A DNA stretch of 64,000 bases, taken from an uncultured Gemmatimonadales bacterium (lineage in GTDB: Bacteria; Gemmatimonadota; Gemmatimonadetes; Longimicrobiales; Gaopeijiaceae). Positions 60,419 through 64,000 of this stretch are shown here, one piece after another. Within the stretch, counting starts at the first letter, position 1. Each line of letters begins with the position of its first letter. Location of the stretch: NCBI GenBank assembly GCA_963809895.1, contig CAWELD010000010.1, positions 480,001-544,000 on the forward strand. Direction: 5' to 3'. The translations under genes were made by a program, and so were the position numbers. The notes beneath the pieces were generated by a model. The model was not told where the DNA came from, made no database searches, and saw only the letters and a list, made by a program, of their open reading frames with translations.

Positions 60419-61363
60419 TTACCGTCCGCTCCCCTCGGCGGGTCGGCCGCTGTCGAGCCAGGCGGTCCACCAGAGGTCGCGGAGCATGGCGCCTCCGGCG
60501 GCCAGTCGCTCGGCTGCGAACGCCACGTGGTCCGCCGGTGCGCGCGCCTCGGGATCATCGTCGAAGGGTGACTCCTGCTCGAGCCGGTAGAGGCGCTCCA
60601 CCTGCCGGTTCGACTCCAGGATGTGATCCATGACGGCCGATCGCACGTCGCGGAAGTCGCGCGCGGGGCGAGCCGGCATCGCGGACCGGATGTCTGGGTA
60701 GCGCACGTGCGCGCCGACGAAGCCGGTCTCGAAGCGGTAGTGGAAGTCGCGCTCCGTGGTGTATCCCCGGGGATTGGGGGCGTCGCTGCTCCAGCCGTTG
60801 AAGTGGATGGTGGTGTGCTGGGGCTGGGCCGCGTCGGTGACGTAGTGGCCGAGGATCCCGGCGTCGTTGACGATGCGCTGCTGGATCCACTCCCGCTCCT
60901 CGCCCGACGCCTGTCGCCACAGGCGCCACTCGGCGAGGAGTCGCTGGTACAGCTCCACGATCCGATAGGGCAGAAAGCCGGCATCGCGCTCCGGTCGCTC
61001 CAGCCCGGCCGCGTACAACCGGCGCACGTATTCCCAGCGCTGGGGCGCGTCCAGGGCATCGGCGGGGACGTTCTCCAGGTCGATGTAGTGGTCGTAGGAG
61101 AAGGCCTGATCCATGGCCGTGAGCTCGCGGCTGCGCCAGCGGTCGGGCTCGGGATCCAGGTAGACCAGCTGGTCGCCGGCGTCCCGGAAGAAGGCGGGGA
61201 TCCCCTCGGGCAGGGTCTCCACCGCCGCGCGGGCGGCCATCTCGTGGCCGTCGGAACCCCAGAAGAACGGCGGGGCGGAGGGAGTGGCCGCCAGCATGGG
61301 CAGCGCGAGGAGGCTCGCGAGGGCCGCGGCGGGCCGGCGTACAGGGGAGCGGAACGGGCGCAT
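60419..61363 (-). CDS. S1/P1 nuclease-like secreted zinc protein
   Basis: WGSDGH, PDRW, HYID, GHYVTDAAQPQH, FHYRFE. Confidence 0.82.
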   Translation of the reverse strand: MRPFRSPVRRPAAALASLLALPMLAATPSAPPFFWGSDGHEMAARAAVETLPEGIPAFFRDAGDQLVYLDPEPDRWRSRELTAMDQAFSYDHYIDLENVPADALDAPQRWEYVRRLYAAGLERPERDAGFLPYRIVELYQRLLAEWRLWRQASGEEREWIQQRIVNDAGILGHYVTDAAQPQHTTIHFNGWSSDAPNPRGYTTERDFHYRFETGFVGAHVRYPDIRSAMPARPARDFRDVRSAVMDHILESNRQVERLYRLEQESPFDDDPEARAPADHVAFAAERLAAGGAMLRDLWWTAWLDSGRPAEGSGR

Positions 61364-61469
61364 GGGGCTCGGAAGGTCGGCGGCCCTGGGGGCCGGATGG
61401 CGTTCGGAGGGTTCCTGAAGATCGCCTCTTCAGGCGCCGGCCCCAAGCGCCGGACGGGACCGCGGCATG

Positions 61470-62741
61470 TCACGCCAGGCCTGCGGCGCGGGCCTCCAGA
61501 TGGCGGCGCACCGGTGCGCTCCGGGTGCGCGCGGCCGCGAGCCCGTAGGCCCGAGCCGCGTCTTCGGGACGACCGGCCCTCTCCAAGAGCCAGCCGCGCA
61601 CTGAAGGCAGCAGGTGACCCCGGGCGAGTCCCGCGTCGTCGTCCAGGCCGTGCAACGCCTCGAGCCCGGCGCGGGGACCGTCCCGCATGCCCACCGCCAC
61701 GGCCCGGTTCAGGCGCACGACCGGAGACGGCGCCAGGCGCATGAGCACATCGTAGTGCGCCACCACGGTCGCCCAGTCGGTGTCGTCGAAGCTGGCCGCG
61801 ACGGCGTGGCAGGCCGCGATCCCGGCTTCCACGTGGTAGGTGGTGAGCAGATCGCCCCGGCCGGCCCGCTCCAGGTGGCCGAGCCCCCGGTCCCGGAGCT
61901 CCAGATCCCACGCGGATCGATCCTGCTCCGCCAGAAGCAACAGGTCGCCACGGTCGTCGGTACGCGCCGGCAGACGGCTCGCCTGCAGGAGGAAGAGCGC
62001 CAGGAGCGCATCCACCTCCGGCGCCAGGGTCGCCGGATGGGTGGCCAGGAGCCCCGCCAGGCGGATCGCCTCGCCACACAGCTCCTGACGCACCAGCGCG
62101 TCGCCCTCGCTGGCCGCGTATCCCTCGTTGAACATGAGATAGAGAACCTGGAGCACCTCTGCCCGGCGCGCCGGCAGCTCGTCGTCGGGAGGCACCTCCA
62201 GCGGCAGCGCCGACGCCCGCAAGGTGCGTTTGGCCCGGACGATGCGCTGAGCCATGGTGGCCTCGGGCACCAGGAACGCCGCGGCGATCTCCCGGGTGCT
62301 GAGCCCTCCGACGGTGCGGAGGGTGAGGGCCACCGCGCCGTCGCGGCCGAGCCCCGGGTGGCAGCAGAGGAAGACCATGGCGAGCTCGGCATCGGCCAGC
62401 GCGGAGCCTGGCCCCGGGGTGGAGCCCGGACCGGCGAGGTCCCCCAGGGCCTGGATGCGCTCCTCCAGCTCCTGGACATCCAGCTCCGCCTCCCAGCGCC
62501 CCTGCCGTCGCAACCGATCCAGCGCCCGGTTGCGAGCCACCCGGAAGAGCCAGCCTTCCGGATGGTCCGGGACACCACGGAAGGCCCAGATGCGGAGGGC
62601 GCGGATCATGGCCTCCTGAACCGCTTCTTCCGCGAGCTCCAGGCGCGCCGGGCCCAGCGCCCGTGTCAGGTCCGACACCAGCCGCCCGGCGCTCCGGCGG
62701 AAGAGGTCGTCGACCAGCTCGTGGATCACCGGGCCCGACAT
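61470..62741 (-). CDS. ECF sigma factor with DUF6596/TPR extension (ECF42-like)
   Basis: AEEAVQEA, FLCCHP, AQRIVRAK, YLMFNEGY, QDRSAWD. Confidence 0.88.
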   Translation of the reverse strand: MSGPVIHELVDDLFRRSAGRLVSDLTRALGPARLELAEEAVQEAMIRALRIWAFRGVPDHPEGWLFRVARNRALDRLRRQGRWEAELDVQELEERIQALGDLAGPGSTPGPGSALADAELAMVFLCCHPGLGRDGAVALTLRTVGGLSTREIAAAFLVPEATMAQRIVRAKRTLRASALPLEVPPDDELPARRAEVLQVLYLMFNEGYAASEGDALVRQELCGEAIRLAGLLATHPATLAPEVDALLALFLLQASRLPARTDDRGDLLLLAEQDRSAWDLELRDRGLGHLERAGRGDLLTTYHVEAGIAACHAVAASFDDTDWATVVAHYDVLMRLAPSPVVRLNRAVAVGMRDGPRAGLEALHGLDDDAGLARGHLLPSVRGWLLERAGRPEDAARAYGLAAARTRSAPVRRHLEARAAGLA

Positions 62742-62751
62742 CGGTCGACCG

Positions 62752-63096
62752 TCAGCCCCGGTCGAGCTCTTCGATGGCCCGCAGCTCGAGCGATCCGAAC
62801 TCGAGGTGTGGGCAACCCGCCGCCATCTCCTGGGCCTCGTCCAGGTCGGCGGCATTGAGGATCCAGAATCCTCCCACCACCTCCTTGGCTTCGGCGTAGG
62901 GGCCGTCGGTAACGCTCCCGCCCCGGAGCACCCGCGCCTGCTCGCCCTGGAGCTTGTCGCTGGTTTCCAGGTGGCCGGCTTCTGCGAGGCGTCGGCTCCA
63001 GTCGATGTAGCGTTGTATGAGCGCCTGCATCTCGGAGGGGGAGTAGCGCTCGAAGGTCTCGGTGTTGTCTCGGGCCAGCAGGAGATAGCGGGGCAT
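62752..63096 (-). CDS. YciI/DGPF family protein
   Basis: VTDGPYAEAKEVVGGFW. Confidence 0.88.
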   Translation of the reverse strand: MPRYLLLARDNTETFERYSPSEMQALIQRYIDWSRRLAEAGHLETSDKLQGEQARVLRGGSVTDGPYAEAKEVVGGFWILNAADLDEAQEMAAGCPHLEFGSLELRAIEELDRG

Positions 63097-63258
63097 GGCG
63101 TGTAGCTCCGTTCGGGTGAATCCATCGCTCCGCCCATGGACGAACGGCCGGTGGCGATTTCGACATCGGGGCTGTTCGCCCGGTACCCGGATGGATATTA
63201 GTGAGGCCGGTGGCGCCGTTGCGAGCGCCCGGATCCTCCCAGAATCGGAGCGACACCC

Positions 63259-64000
63259 ATGCGACGAGTCCCCTGGCTCGGCCTCGTGCTCCTCGGAGGG
63301 ATCGCGTGCGCGGTCCCGGACCGCCCCGCCGAGCCGCGCGCCGGATCCACGTCTCCCGATCCGAGCCGCCACGAGGTGACGGCCGACGACGGACACCCAC
63401 TCACGGTGTGGGAGAAGCGTCCCGAAGAGGCCCCCCGGGGCGTCGTGCTGCTTCTGCACGGGCGCACCTGGAGCTCGCTCCCCGATTTCGACCTGCGGGT
63501 GCCGGGCGAGGACCTGAGCCTCATGGACGGGCTGACCGAGGCGGGGTTCGCCGTTTACGCCCTGGATGCGCGCGGGTACGGCGGCACGCCCCGCGACGAC
63601 AGCGGATGGCTCACGCCCGATCGCATGGCGCTGGACGTGACGGCGGTCCTGCGCTGGCTGCAGGAGCGGGAATCCCCGGCCCGGCGGCCTGCGCTCGTGG
63701 GATGGTCCTTCGGGTCCACGGTGGCGCACCTGGCGGCCCAGCGGCACCCGGAGCTGGTGTCGGGCGTCGTGCTGTACGGCTTCTGGAAGGACCCGGAGGG
63801 TACGCTTCCGGCGGACACGTTCAGCGGGCCGCCGCCCCGGCACTTCAACACGGCCGGCGCCGCCGCCAGCGACTTCATCGCCCCCGGCGCCATCTCGGCG
63901 GCGGCCGTGCACGCCTACGTGGATCAGGCGCTGGAGGCGGACCCGGTGCGGGTGGACATCGCGCACGTCGAGCAGTTCAACGCCCTCGACCCGGGCGCTC
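63259..64000 (+). CDS. Alpha/beta hydrolase lipoprotein (3' partial)
   Basis: IAC lipobox; LLHGRTW, ALDARGYG, GWSFG nucleophile motif; not in the ORF track because it runs off the window. Confidence 0.82.
   Translation, partial: MRRVPWLGLVLLGGIACAVPDRPAEPRAGSTSPDPSRHEVTADDGHPLTVWEKRPEEAPRGVVLLLHGRTWSSLPDFDLRVPGEDLSLMDGLTEAGFAVYALDARGYGGTPRDDSGWLTPDRMALDVTAVLRWLQERESPARRPALVGWSFGSTVAHLAAQRHPELVSGVVLYGFWKDPEGTLPADTFSGPPPRHFNTAGAAASDFIAPGAISAAAVHAYVDQALEADPVRVDIAHVEQFNALDPGA

Overview
High-GC bacterial DNA whose gene content (PadR-ADOP permease pairs, BTAD-kinase-TPR regulator, ECF sigma plus YciI, TonB receptor) suggests Gemmatimonadota or Acidobacteriota; this assignment is an inference. The backbone is a minus-strand carbohydrate utilisation operon (beta-helix protein, MGH1/GH63-like hydrolase, ABC ATPase, substrate-binding protein, two permeases) that has been split by a ~36 kb mosaic island (10.7-47.2 kb) and a ~3.3 kb block of toxin-antitoxin (TA), Uma2 and lspA genes. 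The island carries: (i) a GntR-linked aromatic catabolic cluster with an unusual enzyme set (HpaB/C, PcaH/G, lactonase, enolase-family enzyme, RraA aldolase, methylmalonate-semialdehyde dehydrogenase, aminotransferase, NSS transporter); (ii) lower-GC cassettes in which small secreted Cys-rich proteins sharing a 6-Cys scaffold lie directly upstream of secreted beta-propeller proteins, one cassette also having a CxxC thioredoxin-like protein and an HTH regulator (the best candidate for an undescribed system); (iii) IS91/ISCR rolling-circle transposase remnants with an oriIS-like end and co-duplicated flanking DNA; (iv) several duplicated host segments and gene fragments. A two-copy non-coding element built from 37-nt palindromes lies at ~3.1 and ~55.3 kb. 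Several single-base frameshifts may be assembly errors. All calls come from reading motifs by eye; no database searches were run.
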